A stretch of DNA of 64,000 nt, taken from the NCBI GenBank assembly GCA_963701095.1, contig OY969564.1, positions 1,024,001-1,088,000 on the forward strand, read 5' to 3'. A model generated the notes under the pieces. The model ran no database searches, was not told the origin of the DNA, and worked only from the letters and a program-made list of their open reading frames with translations. The translations under genes were made by a program, and so were the position numbers. Within the stretch, counting starts at the first letter, position 1. Each line of letters opens with the position of its first letter. Source of the DNA: an uncultured Methanoregulaceae archaeon (lineage in GTDB: Archaea > Halobacteriota > Methanomicrobia > Methanomicrobiales > Methanospirillaceae). Shown here in pieces: positions 54,990-64,000 of this stretch.

Positions 54990-55140
54990 ACCGGCACCTG
55001 TTTTCTTCTTTATTCTCTTTTTTCACGGTTTGCGGCTTTTCGTAGACTATCAATGATTGGCTCTGATGTAAGGTCACATAAAGAGCGGTCTGGCATTCAG
55101 GTGTTTTTACCAGAAGAAAAAGGGTTGAGGAAAAGAAAAA

Positions 55141-55698
55141 TCAGGCAGTGGAACAGGCGCGAATTGAATAACCAAGAACAATCCCGGCAATGCCGTACAA
55201 GGCCAGTATTGCCCCGACCCAGATAACAACTAAGGCTACCCCGAACAGGGGGAAGACAGAAATCAATAACCCAATGATAATGGCAAGGACACCCTGCAGG
55301 GCAAAGAGACCCCGGTGAACGATATGCGGTTCACTAAAGGCGAGTACGATGCCGATAAGACCTCCCAGAAAGAGGGAAATGCCCACGATCATAACGATTA
55401 CCTGGCCCATGATGATGGGATGGATGACCGTTGCAATACCAAAGAAGAAACCAAGGATCCCGAGGATGGCAAGAAGCACAGACTCTTTCCAGCCACCCGG
55501 GGCAAGTGCCGAGAACACGAGCGCGGAAAAGGCGGTAAGGATGATCAGGATCCCGATAAGTTCAACCAGTACCGCTGCTGACACCAGCGGGAACAGGATG
55601 ATAAGGAGTCCAAATATCAGCGAGACTACACCAAGGAGGACAAGTGCTCCCCACTTGACCATGGTGACATTTTCAACAGGAAGTGCATTTTCAGCCAT
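55141..55698 (-). CDS. HdeD/DUF308 family membrane protein
   Basis: Six hydrophobic helices in tandem G..S.I.G.L...P repeats. Confidence 0.8.
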   Translation of the reverse strand: MAENALPVENVTMVKWGALVLLGVVSLIFGLLIILFPLVSAAVLVELIGILIILTAFSALVFSALAPGGWKESVLLAILGILGFFFGIATVIHPIIMGQVIVMIVGISLFLGGLIGIVLAFSEPHIVHRGLFALQGVLAIIIGLLISVFPLFGVALVVIWVGAILALYGIAGIVLGYSIRACSTA

Positions 55699-55796
55699 AT
55701 GTAACAATAATCGTGTTCCGCCGTATGGGCGGATAAAGGTTATTAAATGCGTTTCTCCGGAAAATTTATTATAATTAAACACGACATCCCCCTAGT

Positions 55797-56039
55797 ATGA
55801 TGACTACAGAGGAGAGGGATGCAAAAATCGATAAACTCATCAGGAAACTCAAAGAGAATAAAAACTACACGTTTAAGCCCGGTATTCTTAAGGCCATTGA
55901 GAGGCTGAAGAAAGAGCCACGCTACAATCACGATCCGAATTTTGTTCCTATGATCAAAGATATGCTCCTGGAGGGATACCCGCCGGACTTTGCTGAAGGA
56001 AGCGAACTTGTCGAATATATTGATGAGGGGGAAGAATAG
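55797..56039 (+). CDS. Small hypothetical protein
   Basis: 80 aa charged ORF after a TATA-like TTTATTATAA. Confidence 0.6.
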   Translation: MMTTEERDAKIDKLIRKLKENKNYTFKPGILKAIERLKKEPRYNHDPNFVPMIKDMLLEGYPPDFAEGSELVEYIDEGEE

Positions 56040-56134
56040 GGAATACCGCGATCCGGTTTATCGGAATAATCATATAATAAAAGGATGAAAATGCCTGTCG
56101 TTGATAATCCCCTCCTGAACAGGAAAGATATACT

Positions 56135-56647
56135 ATGACAAAAGAGGTTCCTCTTACAGATATACCATCTCAGATAGATAACGAAATAACAGAAATATCC
56201 CAGAGAATCATGGTGGAGCTCGAGACTGCGAGTTCCAAGGATTTATCGGAAGTCAGGTATGCAAAAAAGATATTACAATTATCAGATCTTAATTATACAA
56301 AAAACATATTTTACGAGATAGAGAGTGTTCCGACCGGTGCAGAACGCGTTATCGAAAAAAGAGCGGTAATCAAGGCATTGTTGCTTTCCACGTGGTTGCA
56401 GAGACTCTATTTTATAATCAGGTCCGCTCTTATGTCGCTTCTGGCAATGTTTGTTACATTCATTTACGTGTCGTTTTTTGGCCAGATAGGCGTCCTTCTG
56501 GCAGTTGTCATGGGCGTGCTGATTTTTATCATCGGGTTGATGGTAACACGATTATTTGATCCACAAATCGTCCAGGTAACAAAATATATTGTAAAACGCC
56601 TGGCTGAACATAAAGATATCAGGGATTTTATCATGAATCACCTCTAG
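56135..56647 (+). CDS. Hypothetical membrane protein (2 TM)
   Basis: 170 aa, two C-terminal hydrophobic helices, AT-rich. Confidence 0.65.
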   Translation: MTKEVPLTDIPSQIDNEITEISQRIMVELETASSKDLSEVRYAKKILQLSDLNYTKNIFYEIESVPTGAERVIEKRAVIKALLLSTWLQRLYFIIRSALMSLLAMFVTFIYVSFFGQIGVLLAVVMGVLIFIIGLMVTRLFDPQIVQVTKYIVKRLAEHKDIRDFIMNHL

Positions 56648-56706
56648 GGATCCCCGACATTTTATTCGGCGGTACTATATAAACAAATCAGGTAAATGTC
56701 AAAGAG

Positions 56707-57252
56707 ATGCATTTTCATCAATTATTTCAACAAATTTCTCCGGAAGAGATAGGCGACAATGTATTTACGTTGGTAGGAAAAGTTTTTCCGGTTATTACTG
56801 CAGGAAAGAAAGATCATTATAATTCCATGACAGCCAGCGGAGGTGGTCTGGGACTTCTCTTCAGGAAACCCACTACGTGGTGTATCCTTCGGGCAGACCG
56901 TTATACGCTTGAACTGATCCAAAAAGAGCAGATCTATACGATGTCTTACTTCCCGGATGAATACAAGAAACAGGTACTCTTTTTGGGTAGTAAATCGGGG
57001 AGAGACAGCCAGAAAATGAAAGAAGTTGCATTGACCGGTATCCAGACTCCTTCCGGAGATATGACGTTCAAAGAAGCCAGACTCATTTTCGAATGTACAT
57101 TAACGCAAATTACTACCCCCGGTCCCCAGGATTTTTACACACAGGAAGCCCGGGACTACATAAACGAAGCATACAACGAAGCACACGAGTATCGCAAATA
57201 TGTGTTTGGGGAAATCACCCATGTCTGGGTGACAGCGGCGGATCTCCCGTAA
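56707..57252 (+). CDS. Flavin reductase-like (split barrel) protein
   Basis: ITAG....NSMTAS.GGLG.LF.KP, GSKSGRDS.K, YVFGEI. Confidence 0.8.
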   Translation: MHFHQLFQQISPEEIGDNVFTLVGKVFPVITAGKKDHYNSMTASGGGLGLLFRKPTTWCILRADRYTLELIQKEQIYTMSYFPDEYKKQVLFLGSKSGRDSQKMKEVALTGIQTPSGDMTFKEARLIFECTLTQITTPGPQDFYTQEARDYINEAYNEAHEYRKYVFGEITHVWVTAADLP

Positions 57253-57299
57253 AATTCAGGAAAGGTGTTTGATATAAGGGCATCCCAAAAACACGATTT

Positions 57300-57674
57300 T
57301 TAGTCAATCCTGATTTTTATGATATCATGATCGACGGAAACCTCATATGTCCTGAGATCATGGGTTTTGACCATATCCATAATCCCGCCACTCTTTGTTG
57401 TAGACATCACTGCATGAGCAACTCCGCCAAGATGGCCTTCTTTGAGCGTCTTTCCCGTAGTGACGTCGAATCTGGCGTGATGAAGGGGACATTCGACAAC
57501 GGTACCCTGTAATGTACCCATCGAGAGGGGACCATTCATATGTCCACACCGGTTATCCGTGGCATAGATTTTACCCTCCACATTTACGAGGAGAATTTCC
57601 CGGCCCTGAACCTCTACGTACTTCATGGAGCCCGGTGGCACATCTGATATTTGAGCTGCATCTGCAAACGGCAT
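57300..57674 (-). CDS. Rieske [2Fe-2S] ferredoxin
   Basis: CGH and CPLH ligand motifs, ARFDVTTG. Confidence 0.9.
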   Translation of the reverse strand: MPFADAAQISDVPPGSMKYVEVQGREILLVNVEGKIYATDNRCGHMNGPLSMGTLQGTVVECPLHHARFDVTTGKTLKEGHLGGVAHAVMSTTKSGGIMDMVKTHDLRTYEVSVDHDIIKIRID

Positions 57675-57746
57675 GGTATCGCTCACAGGGGATAGTCATC
57701 GGTACAGGGATATAAGGTTTGACGTATGTACCACGAAAATAATCTC

Positions 57747-58190
57747 CTATCCTTTCACGACAAGCACGTTCCCGTGTGCGGCCCGCACTACTTCGTCGGC
57801 GACACTGCCAAGAAGAAGGCGTTCGAACCCCCCTTTCCCCCGGGAACCAATCACGATAAGGTCTGCTTTTTTTTCAGTCGCGAACCGTATGATTTCAGGT
57901 GCCGGTTTCCCTTCGCGGACCACAATGGTAACCGGGACATCACCTGCTATGGCCCGGACGCGATCAGAAGCCTGCTTCGCCTCATCGTCGAGATCCATGA
58001 TGACATCAGGTATTCCCGGGCCGGCTAAAGCCGTGCTGTACTGGATTGGCGAGGACAGGCCCGTATCGATGACATAGATTGCCCAGACTTTTGATCCGTA
58101 TGCACGGGCGATATTCAGTCCCACTTCAATGGCTTCCTTGTTCTTCGCCGAGCCATCCGTGGCGATCAGGATCGATTCAAATAGTTTCAT
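57747..58190 (-). CDS. Universal stress protein
   Basis: ILIATDGS, DLIVIGSRG...LLGSVA. Confidence 0.92.
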   Translation of the reverse strand: MKLFESILIATDGSAKNKEAIEVGLNIARAYGSKVWAIYVIDTGLSSPIQYSTALAGPGIPDVIMDLDDEAKQASDRVRAIAGDVPVTIVVREGKPAPEIIRFATEKKADLIVIGSRGKGGFERLLLGSVADEVVRAAHGNVLVVKG

Positions 58191-58230
58191 GATATCATCT
58201 CCCATTTCCTCCTTCATGCTGACAGTATCT

Positions 58231-60012
58231 TTACCCCTGTTTTTTGTTCTCCGGTCCTGCTGAACCGGTCACCGGAAGATCTGCTCTTTTGATCTCGTTT
58301 GACTCATGCACGTACCGGGGCCCCCGAAGTGCCGAGAGAAGTGCTGCGACAGCCGCGAGTGCCGCGCCGACGTAGAACGAGAACCGCAGTGACGACATAA
58401 ACACCTGGGCGAGCGTTGTCGGGAACCAGGTAGTGCCGGTCAGTGTCGTGATAGTCTGCACCGGAACAGTCGCAACGACCGCCGGCGCTAACCCTGTAAG
58501 GACGCTCTGTACCGGGTTTATCCCGAGAAACGCGGCAAAAAGCATACCGGTCGGGGGGATTGCCGACATGGCGGCGACCAGCCCACCGGCTCCGGCGGTT
58601 GTCAGTGCTGTGGCAAGGACTGGCGGAAAATCCCGGGTGAGGTTTACCACAACGATGGTAAAGAACATCCCCATACTCATGACAAAACCGGTATTCATAA
58701 GAGTCGAAACCATCCCGGATGCGACCCCGCGGTCTTCCCGGGGTACAGAGTTCATAATTGCCGTCGTATTGGGCGCAGCAAACATGCCGTTACCGCATCC
58801 CATAATAAAGAGTGCGACACCGAGGACCGGGTAATCAAAGTTGTATGGCAGTGAAGCTAGGATCAAAAACGCGATCACGATCAGGATCATCCCGATGGTA
58901 CTAATCCAGCGGGCACCGTACTTGTCCGAGAGCCAGCCGGAAAAAGGTCCAAAGATCACAAAACCAACCGTGAGCGGGAGCATGAAGACCCCTGCCCAGA
59001 ACGGTGTCGACTCAAAACTGTAGCCATGGAGCGGCAGCCAGATCCCCTGGAGGAGTATGATGAGTAAAAGCATCACGCCACCCCGTGCAATTGAGCTCAG
59101 GAACCCGGCAGTGTTCCCGTAGACAAACATACGGATTTTAAAAAGGCCCATGTTAAACATCGGATCTTTTACCCGGCTCTCAATAACAGGAAACACTGCA
59201 AGGAGGAAGAGGCCGATGACAATGGTGGTAATCACAAACGGGTCGCGCCACCCCATCGGATCGTTCCCATACGGGATCAATGCGTAGGTAATCCCGATAA
59301 GCAAAAGGGTGAGCCCGCCGGTGAAAGTGATGTTTCCCAGCAGATCAATCTTTGCAACCTTTTTTACCGTCGCAGTCTCCCGCAGTTTTGCAAAGGACCA
59401 GATGGTCCCGAAAACCCCGAACGGGACGCTGATCAAAAAGACATACCGCCAGTTGAAGATCGCAAGAATTCCGCCGATTAAGAGGCCGATGAACTGCCCC
59501 GAGAGACCTGCTATCTGGTTGATACCGAGCGCTTTTCCCCGCTCGTCCACCGGAAAGGCATCCGTGATGATAGCAGCACTGTTGGAGAAGATGAACGCCG
59601 CGCCGACCCCCTGGATAAGCCGGAAGAAAATCAATTCAAGAGCACCAGCACTGCCCGTGCTCGGCGTGAGGAAAAGGAGGATGGACCCGACCGTGAATAT
59701 CGCAAACCCGATGTTGTATAACCGCACCCGGCCGAACATGTCGGAGAGACGCCCACATGTCAGTAAAAGGGTTGCCGTGACGACCCCGTAGATCATCAAA
59801 ACCCAGAGAAGGTACTGGAACGACGTGAGCGGGTCGATGTGGATCCCGTTGAATATGGCAGGCAGCGAGATCAGGATGATACTCTCGTTTACCATGGCCA
59901 TAAACATGGCAATCGTTGTATTCGAAAGGGCTACCCATTTGTAGTGAGGATCCTGGACCGGAGTATTTACAACAGCAGGGTTGTGTTGCGGGGTCGTTTC
60001 CATAGGGTGCAT
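58231..60012 (-). CDS. MFS transporter (DHA2-like)
   Basis: GRLSDMFGR motif A, RLIQGVG, ERGKALG, many TM helices. Confidence 0.92.
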   Translation of the reverse strand: MHPMETTPQHNPAVVNTPVQDPHYKWVALSNTTIAMFMAMVNESIILISLPAIFNGIHIDPLTSFQYLLWVLMIYGVVTATLLLTCGRLSDMFGRVRLYNIGFAIFTVGSILLFLTPSTGSAGALELIFFRLIQGVGAAFIFSNSAAIITDAFPVDERGKALGINQIAGLSGQFIGLLIGGILAIFNWRYVFLISVPFGVFGTIWSFAKLRETATVKKVAKIDLLGNITFTGGLTLLLIGITYALIPYGNDPMGWRDPFVITTIVIGLFLLAVFPVIESRVKDPMFNMGLFKIRMFVYGNTAGFLSSIARGGVMLLLIILLQGIWLPLHGYSFESTPFWAGVFMLPLTVGFVIFGPFSGWLSDKYGARWISTIGMILIVIAFLILASLPYNFDYPVLGVALFIMGCGNGMFAAPNTTAIMNSVPREDRGVASGMVSTLMNTGFVMSMGMFFTIVVVNLTRDFPPVLATALTTAGAGGLVAAMSAIPPTGMLFAAFLGINPVQSVLTGLAPAVVATVPVQTITTLTGTTWFPTTLAQVFMSSLRFSFYVGAALAAVAALLSALRGPRYVHESNEIKRADLPVTGSAGPENKKQG

Positions 60013-60185
60013 AAGTGTTTTGTCCGGAATATAAAATGGATTGGGGTTGATCGTTTTTTGTCTCTCCCAAAAAAAGAGTTCCTCACCTATCTGACCTTGT
60101 CTGTTTTTCTCTGCAGATCACATTTCGCTGGTAAAGCAGGATTTGTTTTTAAAGGGGATTGATTTATAGTGATGCAGGGAATGCA

Positions 60186-61042
60186 ATGGAGATTACACCG
60201 CACATTCATGCTGTCATGGTCCCGTTGGGACCGACGCCGGACCATTTTGTGTATGTTTACCTTGTCTATGGAGAACACATCACGCTGATCGATACCGGGT
60301 TCAACGGATCTGAGAATCTTATCTATGAATATATTCGGTCTACAGACAGGAATCCCGCCGATATTGAACTGTTAATCCTGACCCATTCGCACCCGGACCA
60401 TATCGGGGCTGCACAGGCGATCCGCGACCTGACCAGCTGCGAGGTAGCCGCACACTTCCTGGATGTCCCGGCGATCGAGCATATTGATCCGATGCTGCAA
60501 AAAAGCCCGGCGCCGGGGTTCCGCCGATGGTAGGCGGGCCGGTCCCGATCGGGCGGCACCTTCAGGACGGGAACACCATAATTCTCGGTACAGGACTCAC
60601 GTTCGAGGTTATTCATACACCCGGCCATACACCAGGATCCATTTCCCTGCTCCTCCGGGAGGAAATGGCCCTTTTCACCGGGGACACGGTCCAGTCTCCA
60701 AAACGTGTACCCATCTACACAGACCCGGTCGCACTGGTGCGGTCGCTCCGGAGGCTGGACGCAATCCAGGGAGTCACGTACTACCTTCCCTCTCATGACA
60801 TACCCTCCAGTGGCGACCTGACGCACTTTTGTATCGCAGATTCACTCAACTATATCCGTCGCGTCCACGCCGCTGTAGAAAAAGCAGCGTCAGCATACCC
60901 GGTGAGCCCGGACCCAAAGGTTCTTGCCGGTCAGGTTCTTGCCGAGCTTGGGATCCCCACTACGGCCCTGCCGTTCATAACCAGGACCATCCACGCCGAC
61001 ATAACAGCTGATCGTCTCGATGAAGTACTGGATGAGGAATAA
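60186..61042 (+). CDS. MBL-fold metallo-hydrolase (frameshift near 60515)
   Basis: LIDTG, THSHPDHIG, HTPGHTPGS, FTGD, PSH. Confidence 0.88.
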
Positions 61043-61170
61043 CCGGGGATCACCATTTCAAACCGTTGCCTGACGCCATCGTCGTCGAGCCGGCGGAATA
61101 ATCCTTTTTTCAGGGGATACTAAAAAAAGAGGTTTTTTGGCTGTTCTCTTCCGCGCAGGGAATACCGGGA

Positions 61171-61668
61171 TTACGAGATTGCGTGGGAGACGGAGGGGAT
61201 GTCGATCTGGTTATAGTAGGTGGCCTGGTAGCCGTCAGGGAATACAATGGTCGTTGTCTGGGGAGCAAAATTTGCTGAGATAAGCGAGGCATACCACTGG
61301 TTCTGTATATCTTTCTGGGCGTTCGCAAACGAGAACGACGGTGTAGTTATAGTGGTTGCTTTCCCGGATTGTGCGGTGGAGGCAAAGGAAGAGATGATCA
61401 CATCTGCCGAGGACGTGTCAGCGCTGACTACGGTTACCGGCCGGTTAAGGTTTCCCTGAAGCGCATTCTGGAGATCCGTGCCGGGGTTTGTGACATGGAC
61501 ATAGATCGCTGCCTGTTCGATAAACGAGAGGTCATATTGCATAACCGCTTCTGCATCCCCGTTATTGTTCAAGGTAATGGTAAGGGTCTTTGCAGTGAAT
61601 GCCTGCACCGGCATGACTGCTAACAAGACGATGAGGAGGCAGCCTAAGATAAGTAAACTTGATTTCAT
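61171..61668 (-). CDS. Hypothetical secreted protein
   Basis: Signal peptide ending PVQA. Confidence 0.75.
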   Translation of the reverse strand: MKSSLLILGCLLIVLLAVMPVQAFTAKTLTITLNNNGDAEAVMQYDLSFIEQAAIYVHVTNPGTDLQNALQGNLNRPVTVVSADTSSADVIISSFASTAQSGKATTITTPSFSFANAQKDIQNQWYASLISANFAPQTTTIVFPDGYQATYYNQIDIPSVSHAIS

Positions 61669-61754
61669 AATATGTCAAGTAAACATTACATTTGCAGGTA
61701 TAAAGGGTTGTTGAACCGGGCGGTTAGATCAATGAGCCTGTTAAACCGCCGTAG

Positions 61755-62719
61755 TTATAACGATTCGGCGATCTTTACCAGCTCGTCAAAGTGCCGGCTC
61801 TTCTTGAAAAGCCACCAGGTAAACCGCTCGACAACAGTAAACGAGAAACTTCCTCCCGCCGCATTGGGGTGACCGCCGCCGCCAAACGACCGGGCGATTA
61901 CATGGCTGATGGGGGGACCGACCGGATCGAGAACTTGCCGTCTTTTGATATAATGACCTCGATGTCGGTCTTCTTGGTGTTTCGGATAAAATGCGCAGTT
62001 TCGCTGGGGTACCCGTACAGCGGGGCAAAAACGATACGGTACTTGGTTCCCCGGAAGGTGGCGTGGGAAAGGCTTTTTTCCATCATGGCACCCATTTCCG
62101 CTTTTATCTCTGCATATTCGGTTTCGATGAGATTATCGGAAAAGATCCCTTCAATGAGGCAGTCCCGGACATGATCCCGGTTTTTCTTTCTCTGGAGTAC
62201 CAGGCCAAGGACTGCCGAACGCGGATCGGCATGTTTCCAGAGATCGTAATCGCAGACAACGCGGGCGACCTCGGTTGCGACCGGGTTTTCCGGCGCGAGG
62301 TCCCGTGCGACTATACCAGTTGCGCAGACACTGGTATCAATGTGGAGGAGGGAGACTTCGTTTTGGATCTCTGCGACTTCTTCATCCCGCCACCGGTGAT
62401 GGTCCCGCCATTCGATGACCCAGCCGTTGGACTTTGCCTTCTTTACAACGGCTTTGATATCCCGCTGATGTCCGAGATCAGAAATCGAAAGAAGGTCACC
62501 TTTCCCGGGGCATGACGCGATAGCGGCGAAAAGACGCGTGAATTTTCCCACGGAACTCCAGACGGTAAATACACCGTCTTTTCCAAACTTCATCCGGTGG
62601 ATAGCGTCTGCGCCGACTGCATCGAGATCATTATGCGTCAGGTGGACGACATGGGCTGTCCGCGAGGCTACAGCACGGGAAAGACCGGTATCTTCATCTG
62701 ACGCAGGGGGGCGTGTCAT
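61755..62719 (-). CDS. DHH/DHHA1 family phosphoesterase (frameshift in C-run near 61912)
   Basis: THNDLDA, DHH, DYDLW, and GGGGHPNAAG after correction. Confidence 0.88.
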
Positions 62720-62824
62720 TTTGTAGTACTGGCATTGCGGGACATAAATAGGAGATGTCAGGGTACCGTTCCCTCTGCTTATGCGTATTATTTATTAATC
62801 CCCAGTGCCAACAATTGTACTCCT

Positions 62825-62898
62825 GCCCTAGTAGCTCAGACTGGGAGAGCGCCAGACTGAAGATCTGGTTGTCCCCGGTTCAAATCCGGGCTGGGGCA
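62825..62898 (+). tRNA. tRNA-Phe (GAA)
   Basis: GCCCTAG/CTGGGGC+A acceptor, CCAGA-CT[GAA]GA-TCTGG anticodon arm, GGTTCAAATCC T arm. Confidence 0.97.
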
Positions 62899-63354
62899 TT
62901 CGGACAAAGGGTTACATTCTAATTCTAATTTCGGGCTTAATTTGCCCGTATTTTCCCTTTGGCTTTTACGCATAAAAACTGATCTCTGATATTCCGCTCA
63001 TCGTCGAGCGGGTCATTTTCCTATGATGAGTGCGAAAGATCCTATATGCCTCAAAACAGGGGTTCTTTTCATACGCCACATACTTTTACCCATCGATGGG
63101 AACTTTTGCCAATAGAACGCGATGGCGAACCTTCTCTCTATATTCCATGGGTATCCTGATGGCACGGGCCTAATGGTTTGCCGGAACAGCCGGTCCCCGC
63201 GTGGTTGGTGTTCCGGGAGGGTTTGCTGTATACGGACTGAACGGTCTAAACAGTGTGAACAACCGTTTTCAGAAGTGAACGAATCGGAAAATAGGCCGGG
63301 CTGGATACCTTTATTGGCTCGGAAAAATAATTGCCCCATAACGAAGATGAGAGA

Positions 63355-63591
63355 ATGAGCCTTGTTTCCTTTTGCGGGAAGGTAGCGGCGGGAGTCTCTG
63401 TTCTAATTGTGCTCGCAGTTATTGGCCTACTGGTCCTTGCCGTGGTCCTGATAGGTGTTGGAGCTTATGAATCGGCAACAAACCCTCACATCACCCAGCA
63501 GACAGCGCAGGAGTACCAGCAATTACAGGAGAATATCAGCCATGCGCGGGCAGGGATCTCCGGTGCTGTGGGTAATGTGACGGGGGGTTGA
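63355..63591 (+). CDS. Small membrane protein
   Basis: 78 aa, long N-terminal hydrophobic helix then Q-rich helix. Confidence 0.55.
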   Translation: MSLVSFCGKVAAGVSVLIVLAVIGLLVLAVVLIGVGAYESATNPHITQQTAQEYQQLQENISHARAGISGAVGNVTGG

Positions 63592-63706
63592 ATCGGTTCA
63601 CGATTCTAATAAGTTGATGGTTAGTATGGAATTGTTAATGTTGTAAAAAATCGGTTACCAAACGCTTTCTTATCAGACTCGTATATTTCAAAAACATCGC
63701 GATCAT

Positions 63707-64000
63707 TTAAAACGGTGAAAGATGAGTGTCGATATATTTTTTGGCAAATTCGGCAACCAACAGGTTTCTCGACAAATAACGATCATATTTCTCATTGGAA
63801 ATATTCTGAATCTTCGCTGCAATCTCTTCGGCGGAGGGACAATTTTCAAGAAGCGAGTGATAGATATCCTGAATTTGTGAGGGGGATACCCCCTTGAATT
63901 TTAATGCGATCTCTAGATCCTCTACATCCAATCCGCCGAATGCTTTCCCAAGAATATAGAGGGACCGGTGTTTTGCAGATCCGGTCCAGGTAAACCAGTA
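63707..64000 (-). CDS. C-terminus of a larger protein, possibly an Lhr-like DEAD/DEAH helicase (5' part outside the window)
   Basis: Frame open to the edge: YWFTWTGSAKHRSL...EKYDRYLSRNLLVAEFAKKYID. Confidence 0.5.
   Translation of the reverse strand, partial: YWFTWTGSAKHRSLYILGKAFGGLDVEDLEIALKFKGVSPSQIQDIYHSLLENCPSAEEIAAKIQNISNEKYDRYLSRNLLVAEFAKKYIDTHLSPF

Noticed and set aside
63296..63304. CCGGGCTGG matching the tRNA-Phe 3' region as a possible att site
   Set aside because: Only 9 bp; not significant.
63013..63358. ORFs 63013..63339 (-) and 63122..63358 (+)
   Set aside because: Overlapping, no motifs and atypical composition; probably non-coding.

Overview
Archaeal chromosome segment from a hydrogenotrophic methanogen. 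Gene content and protein style suggest Methanomicrobiales (Methanoregula-like), which is an inference. It is mostly housekeeping: asnB-like/gatCAB/topA, pyrC, dnaG, tes/carS, pyrE-purD-argF, carAB/argG, methanogenesis marker 14, metG, glyS, hef, plus tRNA-Leu(UAA) and tRNA-Phe(GAA). About a dozen genes, several essential, carry single-base indels. These most likely come from an unpolished long-read assembly, so fine structure needs read-level confirmation. The highlights are: (1) a ~3 kb mercury-methylation cassette (arsR <- -> hgcA-hgcB-arsC-thioredoxin) bracketed by two co-oriented decayed tRNA-Leu 3'-end copies, with twin TTTCA-N8-TGAAA palindromes in its divergent promoter; (2) a candidate two-hairpin H/ACA guide RNA between pyrC and a DUF167 gene; (3) a membrane sensor whose histidine-kinase catalytic residues are missing; (4) a possible defence island starting after tRNA-Phe at the right edge. 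No CRISPR array, rRNA, transposase or integrase was seen.
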